Assembly: GCF_963921235.1 (NCBI RefSeq)
Contig: NC_086109.1
Location: 31,374,001 to 31,438,000 of the forward strand
Reading direction: 5' to 3'
From: Mobula hypostoma
Lineage: Eukaryota
Length of the DNA stretch: 64,000 nucleotides
This document shows, in pieces, positions 12,353 to 24,835 of this stretch (its first letter is position 1; every line of letters starts with the position of its first letter). Below the pieces are notes generated by a model. The model was not told where the DNA came from. It saw nothing but the letters and a program-made list of their open reading frames with translations, and made no database searches. Position numbers and translations under genes: made by a program.

Positions 12353-13569
12353 GATTGGAATAATGAGGTGTTCATGGGTTCAATTCAGAATGCTGATGGT
12401 GAAGGGGAAGAAGCCATTCCTGCATCACTGAGTGTGGGCCTTCCGTTTTCAGTAACTCCTCCCTGAAGGCAAATTCAATTTTCAGAGTACAAAAGTAATG
12501 CTAACAGTAACTGGAAAATAAACAGAATGTTAAAATGATGAAAGGGAGATAAGCCCCATATTAAGTGGAAAGAAATATTGACAAATGGGGCTGCATGGAC
12601 TATGTTGTATTTAAACATTGATGTGAGGGAGAAGATACACTGCACCTGTAACCAGCTTGAGAAAAAAAGAGGGTACTGAAGTCTTTGCAAACAAGAATAC
12701 GAGAAGGAAACTAGAATGAGAGTTAGGCTTATTATAAGTGATGTATGGTGTGACATGAAATTTGCAGGTTTGTGGCAGCAGTACAGTGGTTGACATAAAA
12801 ATTACAATAAATAAACAAGTCATCCAGAAGCGGAATAGTGAACCCTTATGTTCAGCATTCATAGGTTCATGGACTGTATAAAATAAGAATGCTGAACAAT
12901 ACAATGAAAACATTGCTGGCACTGTGAAGTGATCTGCTAGATGCTGAACATAAGGGTAATGGGACTGTGACTCCAAATCTAATGCTGGAGTGCATCCAGA
13001 TGGAACGCCAGGAATCAGAATGGGGCTGCAGAATGCATTTTGGAAGAGTCCGTTGGTCCTTTTCTTTAAATAACATTCAGGCAAAAATACAACCTCAGAA
13101 CAATTCAAGCCACCAGAGTTGTGAGAATTACAAACTGTTATGTAGACTGTGCTCTGAATGTTGTCTAACCACATCCACTATAGTTCAAGGGGTTGTCATC
13201 AGAGAAAGATTAACATCATAGTGAATGGGAGCATTCAGCAGCCAACTCAGTTCAGAATGTTGCCAAAGGCAAAGTTCATCCATGCTGGCATGAGGGCAGA
13301 ACACAATTTTCAGCATTGATTGGCTTTGATTCCATACATGGATATCATTTCCAGTATGAAACATATACTGAAAAGACAGGAAGGGCTCCTCGGAGCCAAT
13401 ATGCTGAGAAAAGGAAACAGAATGAGTTGAGCCAACAGGGGAATTATGCCTTGACAGCTAGAAGAGAAATGCAGGCCTTAGTCATCACAGTTTTACTGGA
13501 TGGAATTTAGGTAGATGGAATCAGGAAAATATAAGATCTGAAAAGAATCGGCTTCTATTTGTCTCATAG

Positions 13570-13665
13570 ATTTGTGCATCAACGTAATAAATAGCACACC
13601 AATACTGAAGAAAGAAGACAGTGGTAAATTAAATGAAGTTGAGATGGATTTTCAATTTGAAACAG
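13570..13665 (+). pseudogene. Candidate 96-nt phase1-phase1 exon of an unidentified, probably decayed gene: (D)LCINVINSTPILKKEDSGKLNEVEMDFQFET
   Basis: Acceptor TTCTATTTGTCTCATAG, strong donor CAG|GTAAGC, open frame, non-repetitive sequence. Confidence 0.45.
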
Positions 13666-14861
13666 GTAAGCTTCCCAATGTGCTTTGTTAGTTTAAGTAC
13701 TTTAATATACTTCTTTTTTGCCATAATCAATGTTCTCATATGATCCCCTATCTGGGGCTGGAATTCTATTCACAGATCATGCCCGTCTCTCTTTGAAAGA
13801 GGCTGTCAACTTGTTTCACTGTACATAAATCCTTTGTCAGGGACTGTGTGGTTATTCCATCAGGTTAACTAGCTGATATTGTCACTTTATTTAAAGTTGT
13901 TTCATTACTTTTGGTATCGTTTTCTTTCCTTTATGAAAGCTCGAGATCTCTGGATTAGAAAATCTGTTATTTATATCTTATTGATTTTCAGCTAATTGAA
14001 GTAACACACAACCTGGCATAGGATAAGATGATATTATGGCTATAAGTAAGTGAATAAATGCCTCACCATGTTGTCTGCTTATGATAAAAAATACAGCAAG
14101 CTAATTGGGCATTAGCAACTAGACTTAAACCATGTTACAATTCCTTTTGAATTATTTCTGAGAATTAACCAAACAAGAAAGACACTAAATTAAAGGAATA
14201 TTAAATGAATAAGGAGAAAAACTATAAAATATGTGAAAATGTGAATCATAATAATGGAGAAAAGAGCCCAAGAATGAAATTACGAATCAGAGGAAGTTTT
14301 GTGAAGCAAATTCTTTTTTAAAAAAGGCAAAGAAAGTAACAGAGAAAAGCAAAAATATAAAACAAGTATTTGCTAATTTAGAACAAATGCAGAAAATGCT
14401 GGACAATTTCAGCAGACCAAGCCTGAAATAATACCTGTTTCTCATTCCACATTTACTGCCTCCTTTGTTTTCAATTTTTATCATCTGAACTGTTTGTTTT
14501 ACTCTCATTGTCTGTTTAAATTATTCTAAAAATGATTCTAATATCTAATTATGAAGTCAAGAAAATGTAGAAGCAAGGCAATTTTGTTGGCTGTGCATGT
14601 ATTGTAATATTGGTTCATAAAGCACAACAGCCTTCACTATTCAACATTTAAGCTGGATATGCAATTCGGAAATGTTTACTTAAAATATACAAAGCAGGCA
14701 ATCAGATAATATAAGCCTATAAGCCTACTGACTCTCACAGCTATCTGGACTATTCCTCTTCTCACCCTGTCTCTTGCAAAAACGCCATCCCCTTCTCGCA
14801 ATTCCTCCGTCTCTGCCGCATCTGCTCCCAGGATGAGGCTTTTCATTCTAGGACAAGGGAG

Positions 14862-15605
14862 ATGTCTTCCTTTTTTAAAGAAAGGGGCTTCCCTTCCTCC
14901 ACTATCAACTCTGCTCTTAAACGCATCTCCTCCATTTCACGTACATCTGCTCTCACTCCATCCTCCCGCCACCCCACTAGGAATAGGGTTCCCCTGGTCC
15001 TCACCTACCACCCCACCAGCCTCCGGGTCCAACATATTATTCTCCGTAACTTCCGCCACCTCCAACGGGAACCCACCACTAAGCACATCTTTCCCTCCCC
15101 CACTTTCTCTGCATTCCACAGGGATCGCTCCCTACGCAACTCCCTTGTCCATTCGTCCCCCCAATCCCTCCCCACTGATCTCCCTCCTGGCACTTATCCG
15201 TGTAAGCGGAACAAGTGCTACACATGCCCTTACACTTCCTCCCTTACCACCATTCAGGGCCCCAAACAGTCCTTCCAGGTGAGGCAACACTTCACCTGTG
15301 AGTCGGCTGGGGTGATATACTGCGTCCGGTGCTCCCGATGTGGCCTTTTATATATTGGCGAGACCCAACGCAGACTGGGAGACTGCTTTGCTGAACATCT
15401 ACGCTCTGTCCGCCAGAGAAAGCAGGATCTCCCAGTGACCACACATTTTAATTCCACATCCCATTCCCATTCTGACATGTCTATCCACGGCCTCCTCTAC
15501 TGTAAAGATGAAGCCACACTCAGGTTGGAGGAACAACACTTTATATTCCATCTGGGTAGCCTCCAACCTGATGGCATGAACATCGACTTCTCTAACTTCC
15601 GCTAA
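14862..15605 (+). CDS. Uninterrupted Penelope ORF remnant: linker/Zn-binding region plus GIY-YIG endonuclease (247 aa from an internal Met)
   Basis: GIY-YIG signature VIY..YIGET.R. TE-derived; no evidence of expression. Confidence 0.7.
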   Translation: MSSFFKERGFPSSTINSALKRISSISRTSALTPSSRHPTRNRVPLVLTYHPTSLRVQHIILRNFRHLQREPTTKHIFPSPTFSAFHRDRSLRNSLVHSSPQSLPTDLPPGTYPCKRNKCYTCPYTSSLTTIQGPKQSFQVRQHFTCESAGVIYCVRCSRCGLLYIGETQRRLGDCFAEHLRSVRQRKQDLPVTTHFNSTSHSHSDMSIHGLLYCKDEATLRLEEQHFIFHLGSLQPDGMNIDFSNFR

Positions 15606-15898
15606 TGCCCCACCTCCCCCTTGTAGCCCATCTGTTACTTATTTTTATACACACATTCTTTCTCTCACTCTCCTTTTTCTCCCTCTGTCCCTCTGAATAT
15701 ACCCCTTGCCCATCCTCTGGGTCCCCCCGCCCTTGTCTTTCTTCCCGGACCTCCTGTCCCATGATCCTCTCGTATCCCTTTTGCCAATCACCTGTCCAGC
15801 TCTTGGCTCCATCCCTCCCCCTCCTGTCTTCTCCTATCATTTTGGATCTCCCCCTCCCCCTCCAACTTTCAAATCCCTTACTCACTCTTCCTTCAGTT

Positions 15899-15934
15899 AG
15901 TCCTGACGAAGGGTCTCGGCCTGAAACGTCGACT
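15899..15934 (+). ncRNA. Minimal type-I hammerhead ribozyme motif
   Basis: AGTC-CTGACGA-A-GGGTCTCGGCCT-GAAA-C-GTC-GACT: stem I AGTC/GACT, cores CUGANGA and GAAA, palindromic ACGU helix III, GUC triplet. Confidence 0.8.
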
Positions 15935-16734
15935 GCGCCTCTTCCTAGAGATGCTGCCTGGTCTGCTGCATTCACCAGCAACTTTGATGTGTGTTGCTGC
16001 AATCAGATAATATTCAGTTTATGTGGTTTAGAAATTATGTATAAGCACAGTATGACATATCACTTGGAATAGTTTCTGCTTTGGATGTAACATAAGGGCA
16101 GTTGTATTTGATTATTTCTATTCCTTGCTTTAATAAATGAAGTGCTCAGGAAATCAGCATCCATCCATGATACAATGATATAATCTTTCTTTGATGCACG
16201 TGACTTGAATTTCAGTTGACTGACCAAAGACAACAAAGCCCTCCTTGAGAGCCGGCCTTAGTATTTCAATAATCATTTACAGCTTGCTAATATTGCATAC
16301 AATAAAAATTACCTTTGGCTAATGATGGAAACATACTGCCCTGTGTCACATAATGGGTTTCCTTCTTGTGTTAGGATTTCTGCTGAAGACTTATAGTAGT
16401 TCCTTTTTTTCATCTATCAGTAATACGCAGCATGCACTCATGTCAGGTTTGGGAGGCTCTTTCTCAATGTTTGAGAATAGCCTCTAGCTAAATCACAAAG
16501 TGCAGCTTCTTTTGCATTGTCAATTTATACATATATATTCATTCTTACTATTTAGTATCTGAGAGCAGACATTGATAAATTAGATTATGTATGTCACCTG
16601 CAGATGGTGTTAAGTTTCAACAGCAGCTTCACTTGCACAAAACAACAGTCATTCATCAGCAGGAAATTCTCATTGCTCAGCTCCAGACAAAGAACAAGAT
16701 GGAAAAATCTATCACGTTGATGTTCATTAATTAC

Positions 16735-16902
16735 CAGAGATTCTGCAGATGCTGGAAATCCAGAGCAACACATACAAAATTCTGGGGGAGCTCAGCAAGT
16801 CAGGAAGCATCTATGGAAAGGAATAAGCTGTTGATGCTTCAATAAATGCTGATGGAGGGTCTTGACCTGACTTATTGAGTCTCTCCAGCACTTTGTGTGT
16901 GA
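16735..16902. mobile_element. Penelope-end-related hairpin short element
   Basis: GAGATTCTGCAGATGCTGGAAATCCAGAGCAACACA... shared with 11150; decayed CTGATGGAGGGTCTTG core. Confidence 0.65.
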
Positions 16903-16966
16903 TGTCCATTAATTTGTTGGGCTTATGTGGCATTTATTAATATTTTGAATTTCACTGTGCTTTTGA

Positions 16967-17772
16967 TGTAACAATAACTCACTGGTTAAGGTTTTTACTG
17001 CTATGCTGTAGGTATTTCATTTTCGCAGTTCTGTAACAGTAGTTTGTTCTGCTTTCAGCCTGTTTGGGTTTGAGCTGAGTTAAGAGGCTTGTTCTTCAAT
17101 TTAGGAATGTGGTGTCAGCCAGTCAGTATGGTAGAATTGGGAGAAGGTTCTAGAGAACACTGGGCTAAGAGGTCTTTGTTGGCGGGAGCTGGGAGAAGAT
17201 GGGAGGAAGGTGGTGGAGAATGCGGTCCCTGTTGCTTTGTGCTTTGTGCAGATGAATGGCTTTGAGGAGGAAGGACCAAATCTCCCATGGCAGAGCCCAT
17301 TTGTCCAAGATGGATTTTGAGCAGACTTTGGAAGGTGGGTGTATTTTCACGCAGACCAAGAGTCCAGCATGTGAATTACAGACATGTTCAAGATTTGAGC
17401 TCCAACGTGCACATGTGACTGTTTAAGTACAACAGGCCCCTTTTGTTTTTTTCTTTCTTTCCTTTAATAACTGTTTCCTTAAGTTAACATTCTTAAATAT
17501 ACTTCTGATTAATTGTATGCAGTGTACGCTCTGTTATTACTTGCTGAGAGTCAGTTGCTGGGGGATGCAGTAAATCACACAGCATTCACACAAACCGGGG
17601 TTTGGGTGGGTGAGACATCCCAGTCTCATGGATTTTGTGGGACCAAAATCATATACACCCTAGATGTACAAAGCCTGAGAAAGGTGGGATTCTCACTGCA
17701 GAATCCAGTGGCTGTTAGCAAAGGGCTAACAAGCTGCATTTCCAGGGATACCCAGTAAAACGGGGGTTTCAT
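16967..17772. mobile_element. Probable solo LTR or unclassified interspersed repeat
   Basis: Non-coding block starting TGTAAC, with LTR-like composition. No clear TSD found. Confidence 0.3.
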
Positions 17773-18549
17773 AATCAAACTCATGAATCAAAAAATTACA
17801 GTGCATACAGTTCTGTTTCACTGTTTATTTCAGAAAGATCATGAGATCGCCCATAGCATAGTTCATAGCAAATCAGAAGGTAGCAATGAACCATTTATTC
17901 CTTCTAAAGCACAAAGAATTGTGACCAAGGTCAAATTAAAAATGTGATACAAGAAACAAGATTTATGTGGAAACAAACTGAGGAACAACACTCACAAACA
18001 TCTTCTCGATCTACAGATGGTTGACCATTGCATTAGCTTTTTGAATGCCAAGTGGCACTTCTACTCGTTTCTTAATGCGACATTAGATGATTTGTACATT
18101 TAAATAATGTCCTTTCACCAGTTGAAGAAGTGAAGATTTGTGATTCATTCAGAGAAGGAATGGAAAACAAGGGGAAAACCTGAAGTTATTTTCCTGCAAA
18201 AAGGAAAAGCATAATTATGATCTGTCATGCTCGTATATTTTGAGCAGGCTGCATTACTTTATCTCAGGGCTTGCTCTCACAGTTTTTCTGTCTTCACTGT
18301 GACCTCTACTTAGGATTATTCCAGCCTTTTCTATAAGATCTCAAAACTATGCATGACTAACAATTCCTGTCGGTCATATCCTTCTTCTCAATTATCTCTT
18401 CCTCTGACCTCCTAGAACCAGAAGGAACGGGGTAATTGTAGGTTTAGGATAATGACCTTCTGATCTTCTTCTCTCGAACTCCACATTCCACATTCAATGT
18501 ATCACCCTCTGCAGTTTTTAGTACTTGCAGCATGATACCACCTTCTCCT

Positions 18550-20410
18550 CTCCACAGAGGCATGAGAGAGGAGCTTGCCCAGGTGGATTGGAGGAGGATA
18601 CTGGTGGAGATGATGGGAGAGCAGAGATGGTGCATGTTTCTGAGAATAGTTCACAAGGCACTGGATAGAAATGTCCCATAGAGGAAGAAGTTCTCAAAAG
18701 GCAGAGGTAGGCAAGAAGTTAAGGACTACACAAAAATCAAGGGAAGGGCATATAAGGTAGCAAAAGTGAATGGGAAGTTGGATGATTGGGAAGATTTTAA
18801 AATCCAATAAAAAGCAGCAAAAAAAGCTTTAAGAAGGGAAAATGTGAAGGTGGATAAGTCACCTGGGCCTGATGGAGTTCTGAGAGAGGTTGCTGAAAAG
18901 ATAACGGCTGCCTTGGTCATGATCTTTCAAGAATCACTTGTTTCTGGCATGGTCCTTGAGGACTGGAAGATTGCAAATGTCAGTCTACTCTTTAAGAAGG
19001 GAGGAAAGCAAATGAAAGGAAATTGTAGGCCAGTTAGCCTAACCTCAGTGGTTGGGAAAGTGTTGGAGTCTACGAATAAGGAAGACTAATGATAAAATAA
19101 ATCAAAGTCAATATGGTTTCTGTTAAGGAAAATCTTGCCTGACAAATCTGTTAGAGTTCTTCAAGGAAGTAGAATCAGAATCAGGTTTATTATCGCTGTC
19201 ATGTGTCATGAAATTTGTTACAAGCAGGGTGGACAAAGGAGAGGCAGTGGATGTCATTTTCTTGGATTTTCAGAAGACATTTGATAAGGTGCCACACATG
19301 AGGCTGCTTAACAAGATAAAACCCCATGGCATTACAGGAAAGATACTGGCATGGATAGAGGAATGACTGAAAGACAGAAGGTCACGAGTGGGAATAAAGG
19401 GGGCCTTTTCTGGTTAGCTGCTAGTGACTAGTGGTACTGCTACTTTTCACAGTGTTTGTCAATGATTTAGATAATGGAATTGATAGCTTTGTGGCAAAGT
19501 TAGCAGATGATACAAAGATTGGTGGAGATGTAGGTCGTGCTGAGAAAGCAATGCAATTGCAGCAGTACATGGACAAATGGGAAAAATTGGCAACAAAAGT
19601 GGCAAATGGAATACAGTGATGGGAGATGTATGAAAATACATTTTGGTAAAAGGAACAATGGTGCAGACTATTATTTAAATGGGGATAAGGTTCAAACATC
19701 AGAGGTGCAGAGGGACTTAGAGTCCTCATGCAAGACTTCCAGAAGGTTCATTTACAGGTTGATTTACAGGTTAATTTATATCTGTGGTAAAGAAGGCAGA
19801 TGTAATGTTGGCATTCATTTCAAGGCGAATAGAATATAAAAGTAAGGAGATAATGCTGAGCCTTTATAAGACACGAGTCGGGCTGCACTTAAGCATTGTC
19901 AACAGTTTTGGGCCCCATATCTCACAAAAGATGTGAGATTGGACAGATTGTGTCATTGGAGAGAGTCCAGAGGAGGTTCATGATTCCGGAAATGAAGGAG
20001 TTAACATATGATGAGCTTTTGACAGCTTTGGGCCTGTACTGAATGGAATTTAAAAGAACATGGGGGGATCTCACTGAAACCTATCGGATGTTGAAATGAC
20101 TAGATAGAGTGGGTGTTTAGAGGATTCTTCCTTTGGTGGGGATATCCACAACTCGAGGGCACAACCTCAAATTTGAAGGACAGAGGTTAGGAGGATTTTT
20201 TTTAGTCACAGACTGCAGTGGAGACAAATTCCATGGGTATATTTAAGTCAGAGGCTGATAGTTTCCTGATCGGTTAGGGCATCAAAGGATATGGGAAGAA
20301 GGCAGGTGTATGGGGTTGAATGAGATCCGGGATCAGGCATGATGGAATGGCAGAGCAGATTTGATGGGCTGAATGGCCTAATTCTACTCCTATGTCTTAT
20401 TGTCTTATGA
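18550..20410 (+). mobile_element. Internally deleted CR1 LINE (ORF2 RT region and 3' end)
   Basis: KSPGPDG, NCRPVSLTSVVGK, KLADDTK, TCTTATTGTCTTATG tail. Contains an approximately 50-bp foreign LINE tail at 19172-19220. Confidence 0.9.
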
Positions 20411-20488
20411 TGCTTCAACATTAAAGACACAATTCACATTGAGACCCCCAGGTTTACTTAGGCATTTCCATTGATAAACGCCTGCTTT

Positions 20489-23400
20489 TGTCACAGCCAT
20501 GGACTCTGCTGCAGGGTCTACACGCCCTGGGAAAGAATGTCTCAAGTTCCCTCATCTTCGGATTACCATCTGTCATCACCCAGTACTCAGCCCACAGAGC
20601 AGCCAATGCAGCAGGGCATAGGTGCCTATCTCAGGAGGAACGAGATCAGTGAAGGGAGGACAGGTTCCTGCCTCTGTTGTGACTCTGGACGTTTCCAGGC
20701 ATCATGTAAAAGAGGATACCTGTCAGCATAGTGGGGTGTACTGAAGAATCAGTCCTCTCTGCATTCGTCTTCCTCTTATTGTGTGATACTCTCAGCTTCC
20801 TTGCCCTGGGTGTCTCAGAACCATGAACATTAAGCATTTATTGACTCCAGGATAGCTGGAAATCTCATGGACATCTCTCTGGTTCAAAATTGGGGAGTTC
20901 CAACTCAGAGATGGAGAGAAAACGTTGATGTCAAGGCCCTGGATGATCGACCTCAGGAAAGATACTCCTTTCCACTGAATCCCTCTGACTTGTGCTTGAA
21001 AGCAGCCAATAGAGAACAACTCTGCGTTTATCTGGTTGATTTTTCCAGAACTGCCACTGGAGTTTGGTCTCCCTTGGTTATCCCGACATAATCACAAATT
21101 GGCTGGTCCTTAAAAGAGTGGGGACCAGCATGTCTGTCTACTATCCGGTTCCAGCTCAATCTCCAGTCCGCAGATCCCTTTCTGTATCAACTACTGGTGT
21201 GGACCTGTCTGGCATTACGGCTGAATATGCTGATCTTCTTGAGGTCTTCAGTAAAAAGGAGGCTACCTCCCTGCCTCCACACCAACCACATGACTGCACA
21301 TTGACCTCTTACCTGCTCTAGTCCTCCCTGGGGCCGGGTCTTTTCTCTCTCTCATTCTGAAATGATGGCCATGGGAGAGTACGTCAAGGAGACGTTGGCC
21401 TTGGGGTTTATCCATCCGTCAACTTCACTAGCAGGGGTGGGCTTCCTTTTTGTGAACAACAAAGATGGCAAACTCTGTCTCTGCATTGATTCCAAATTTC
21501 CCTCGGGATCAATAAAGTATATCTATCTATATATCGATCTAAACACTATCACCATTAAAAACCACTATTCCTCACCCTTGTTTCCCTCTGCATTTGAACA
21601 TCTCCAGGGAGTAATCATATTTTCCAAGGGAGTTCTGCACAATGCTTATAATCTTATTTATATCAGAGAAGGGGGCAAGTGGAAGATAGTCTTCAACACC
21701 TCCATGGGCCACTATGTGTACCTTGTGATACTCTTTCATCTGGCCAATGTCCCTGGTGGTTTTTGAGCCCTTGTCCACGATGTGCTCAGATACATGTTGA
21801 ATCAGTTGGTTTTGTGTATTTGAATAACATTCTAATCTATTTCCACTCTCACCAGGAATACACCCAGCATGTCCGAAGGGTTTTCAGATGGCTCCTTGAG
21901 AATAACCTTTACACCAAGCCAGAAATATGACTTCCATAAATGCCAGGTGTTGTTTTTGCGCTATATACTTACTCTTTCCAGAGTTTAAATGGGCCCAAGT
22001 AAATTTCACGCAGTCATGGAGTGGCCTAAATCATCTACAGTCAAACAGATGAGGTGCTACATGCAGCTTGCAAACTTTATTGTTGCTTCATCCAAAATTT
22101 CAGCTCTAAATGCACTCACCAGGAAGATGTCTGCAGGTTTCCAATGGACAAACAAAGTGGAACAAACATTCTCAAAACTAAAGTAATGTTTCACCACTGC
22201 CCTGCTGCTGCAAAACCCAGACCCATTCCGGCCATTCACTGTTGTGGTCCCAGCGCTCTTCTGCACATAGGCAGCTGCACCCTGGTGCCTTTCTTTCCCG
22301 TCACTTGATTCCGGCCGAGAGTAACTATGATGTCAGGAACTAAGAACTTCTGGCTGTTAAGAAGGCCCTGGAGGAATGGCAACATTGGCTCGAGGAGGCA
22401 CAGCATCCGTTTTTTGCTTGGACAGATCTCAAGAACCTCTCAAACATTTGCGATGCTAAGAGATTCAGCTCCTATCAAGTCAGTTGGGCTTCCTTCTTCA
22501 CACGGGTTAATTTCACCTTCACCTATCCCGGCAGCAAGAATATCAAGAATATTCTCTCCTGGAAGTTTGACATGTCAGAGGATTATACCAATCCAGAGCC
22601 CATCCATCCTTGCTCATGCATTGTTGCTCCAATAATTTGGGGAATAGAGTTGAAGGTGAGGACAGCCCTACAGTTGGATTCAGATCCAGGTGGGGGACCG
22701 CCTCCCAACTGGTTGGCTATCCAAGATTTCACCGGACCCAGAAATTTATCAAGAGACAATTTTGGTAGTCATCTATGTCCCAGGATGTCCACGACTTTGT
22801 CTCTGCATATCCCTTGTGCTCAGAACAAGACATCACGTCAGTGCCCTGTGGGGCTACTTTGACTACTGCCTCTGCCCCACCACCCCCAGTCCCACCTCTC
22901 AGTGGATTTCAAAGCTGATCTGACTACCCTTCCAATGGAAACACTACCATTCTGCTCAATGTGCATCAATTCTCTGAGGCTGCCCACTTCATTGTTCTCC
23001 CTAAGCTCTCATCAGCTCATGAAACAGCCACACGCTAATGGTTCAGCATGTATTCAGGCTGCACGGCTTCCCTCAGGACATGGTGATGATTGAGGATCAC
23101 AGTTCACGTCTTGTTTTTGGAAGTCTTTCTGTACTCTTGTGGGAGCCACAGCCAGCCTCTCATGTGATTTTCACTCCCAATCTAACGGCCAGACTGAGAG
23201 GGTGAATCAGGAGTTGGGGACAACGCTGCACTGCCTTCCCTCTTGCAACCCCACATCTGCAGCTTACAATTGGTTTGGGCAGAGATTGCCCGCTATAACC
23301 TCCATTCGTTCCCCTTTGATTGCCAGAAGGGATTCCAGCTACCACTCTTTTCTGACCAGGAGATTAATGTGGAAATTCCTGCTGCTTGAACAGTTAATCC

Positions 23401-24328
23401 AATGCTACAAGCACACATGGAGACGAACCAGAACTTCTTTGCTGTGCGCTCAGAAACAGCATGCCCAACAGGCTGATCGGCTCCACCGATAGGTGAGGCC
23501 TCGAAAGCCAAGAAAGAAAGTCTAGCTGGCTTTCAGAAATCCTCCCCTGAAAGTTAAGACTCACAAGTTGGTCTCATGTTACATAGGACCATTCATAGTG
23601 GCAAAGGTAATCAATCTGGTCTCATATAGATTTCACCTATTAACATCAATGAAGATCCACCCAGTGTTTCATGTTTCCCAGTTTAAGCCAGGTATCACCT
23701 CCCCCTCCTCACTGCTTGGTGGACAATTCCCTGGTCTATAATGTGTAGTGCCTCTGGGCATGTTGGCAGGTAAGGATCAAGGTCCAGTGGATTGGGAGGG
23801 ATATGGTCCTGAGGAATGTTCGATGGCCCAAGCAGATGATGTCCTGGACACATCTCTCATCCAGGACTACCAGCGGGCATAAATCAGTAGTGCTTTAAGA
23901 ACTGTGCCTAGGGACGGTATCCTGGACCATAGACCCTGCAGCAAAGTCGAAAGTCGCACTCATGAGTATGCAGATTACAACTAATTAGTGTTCCATTATG
24001 GTGGTATCTAGCTCCCTTCTTTTCATTCTAATCTTGTCAAGACTTGACCAAAAGCATCTTAACAGTTAAGCTCACTGCTTACACTCATCCTTGTCTAGGA
24101 AAGAGGACTAGCATTTCAACTGACACTGTAAAAGATTGGTATTCACTTAGTATTGCTTCCAGCATTAACTTTCATTTTCAGCATTTTAGTTAGCAGCACT
24201 GTTGGCCTGGTGTTTATTCTTTTTATTTCTCTTTAAATTCTGTAGCAGATCGCATTAAAGTCAGTGAATTGTTGATTCACTTCAGTATCCCTCTCTCTGC
24301 ACTTGGGCCATATCAGAACATTTTGACA
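20489..24328 (+). mobile_element. Degenerate chromovirus-type (Tf2/sushi-like) Gypsy element: gag remnant, RT, RNase H, integrase, chromodomain, partial 3' LTR
   Basis: [58 protein letters not shown]; chromodomain VDWEGYGPEE at about 23787-23816. Termini TGTCA...TGACA with flanks GCTTT/ACTTT. Confidence 0.88.
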
Positions 24329-24835
24329 ACTTTCCCTTGGCAGTTTTTATATGTCCCTATAGTCAACCGTAGTCCCTTGTATCTTCTCACCATTGTACCA
24401 TTGTTTTGTCTGAAACTCTTTTCAGGTGAAGCAGTGATTTATTTTCATCTTATTATATTTTGATTTCTGTATGTATGGATTTAACTATCTACAAACTGAG
24501 AACATATTTTGTGTGTGGTGCATGCTATGGTTTCCCCTACTTTGTGAAAACAAAATGCAGATAGTGTGATTGCTTATGGAACACCTTCATTCAGTTTGAA
24601 AATGTGGCTCTGACTTTCAAGTTGCTTGTTACCTTAATTCATAATCCCACTTCAATTCTTATCTCTGTGTCATCTGTCTTTTCAATAAGCCTATGTAGAC
24701 CAGTGTAATCAAAGAAAGACATCTAGTCTTCTGAGCAGATCACTTCAAGCTTTCTTAATTTAATGATAAGTTCAACAATTTTAGGCAATAAGATATTTGA
24801 TCCTGAAAAGTTTTGAGAAGGTGGATGTTTCCTTG

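Larger units (their letters stand above)
14713..15998 (+). mobile_element. 5'-truncated Penelope-like retroelement (RT C-terminus, GIY-YIG endonuclease, 3' terminal region)
   Basis: ORF 14862-15605 has C..C..C and VIYCVRCSRCGLLYIGETQRRLGDCFAEH..HF..LQPDGMN. 15-bp TSD GCAATCAGATAATAT at 14698-14712 and 15999-16013. Confidence 0.95.

Noticed and set aside
15592..16072. Long antiparallel ORFs downstream of the GIY-YIG ORF (also 43557-43988)
   Set aside because: Pyrimidine-rich Penelope 3' UTR; low-complexity translations with no domain features.
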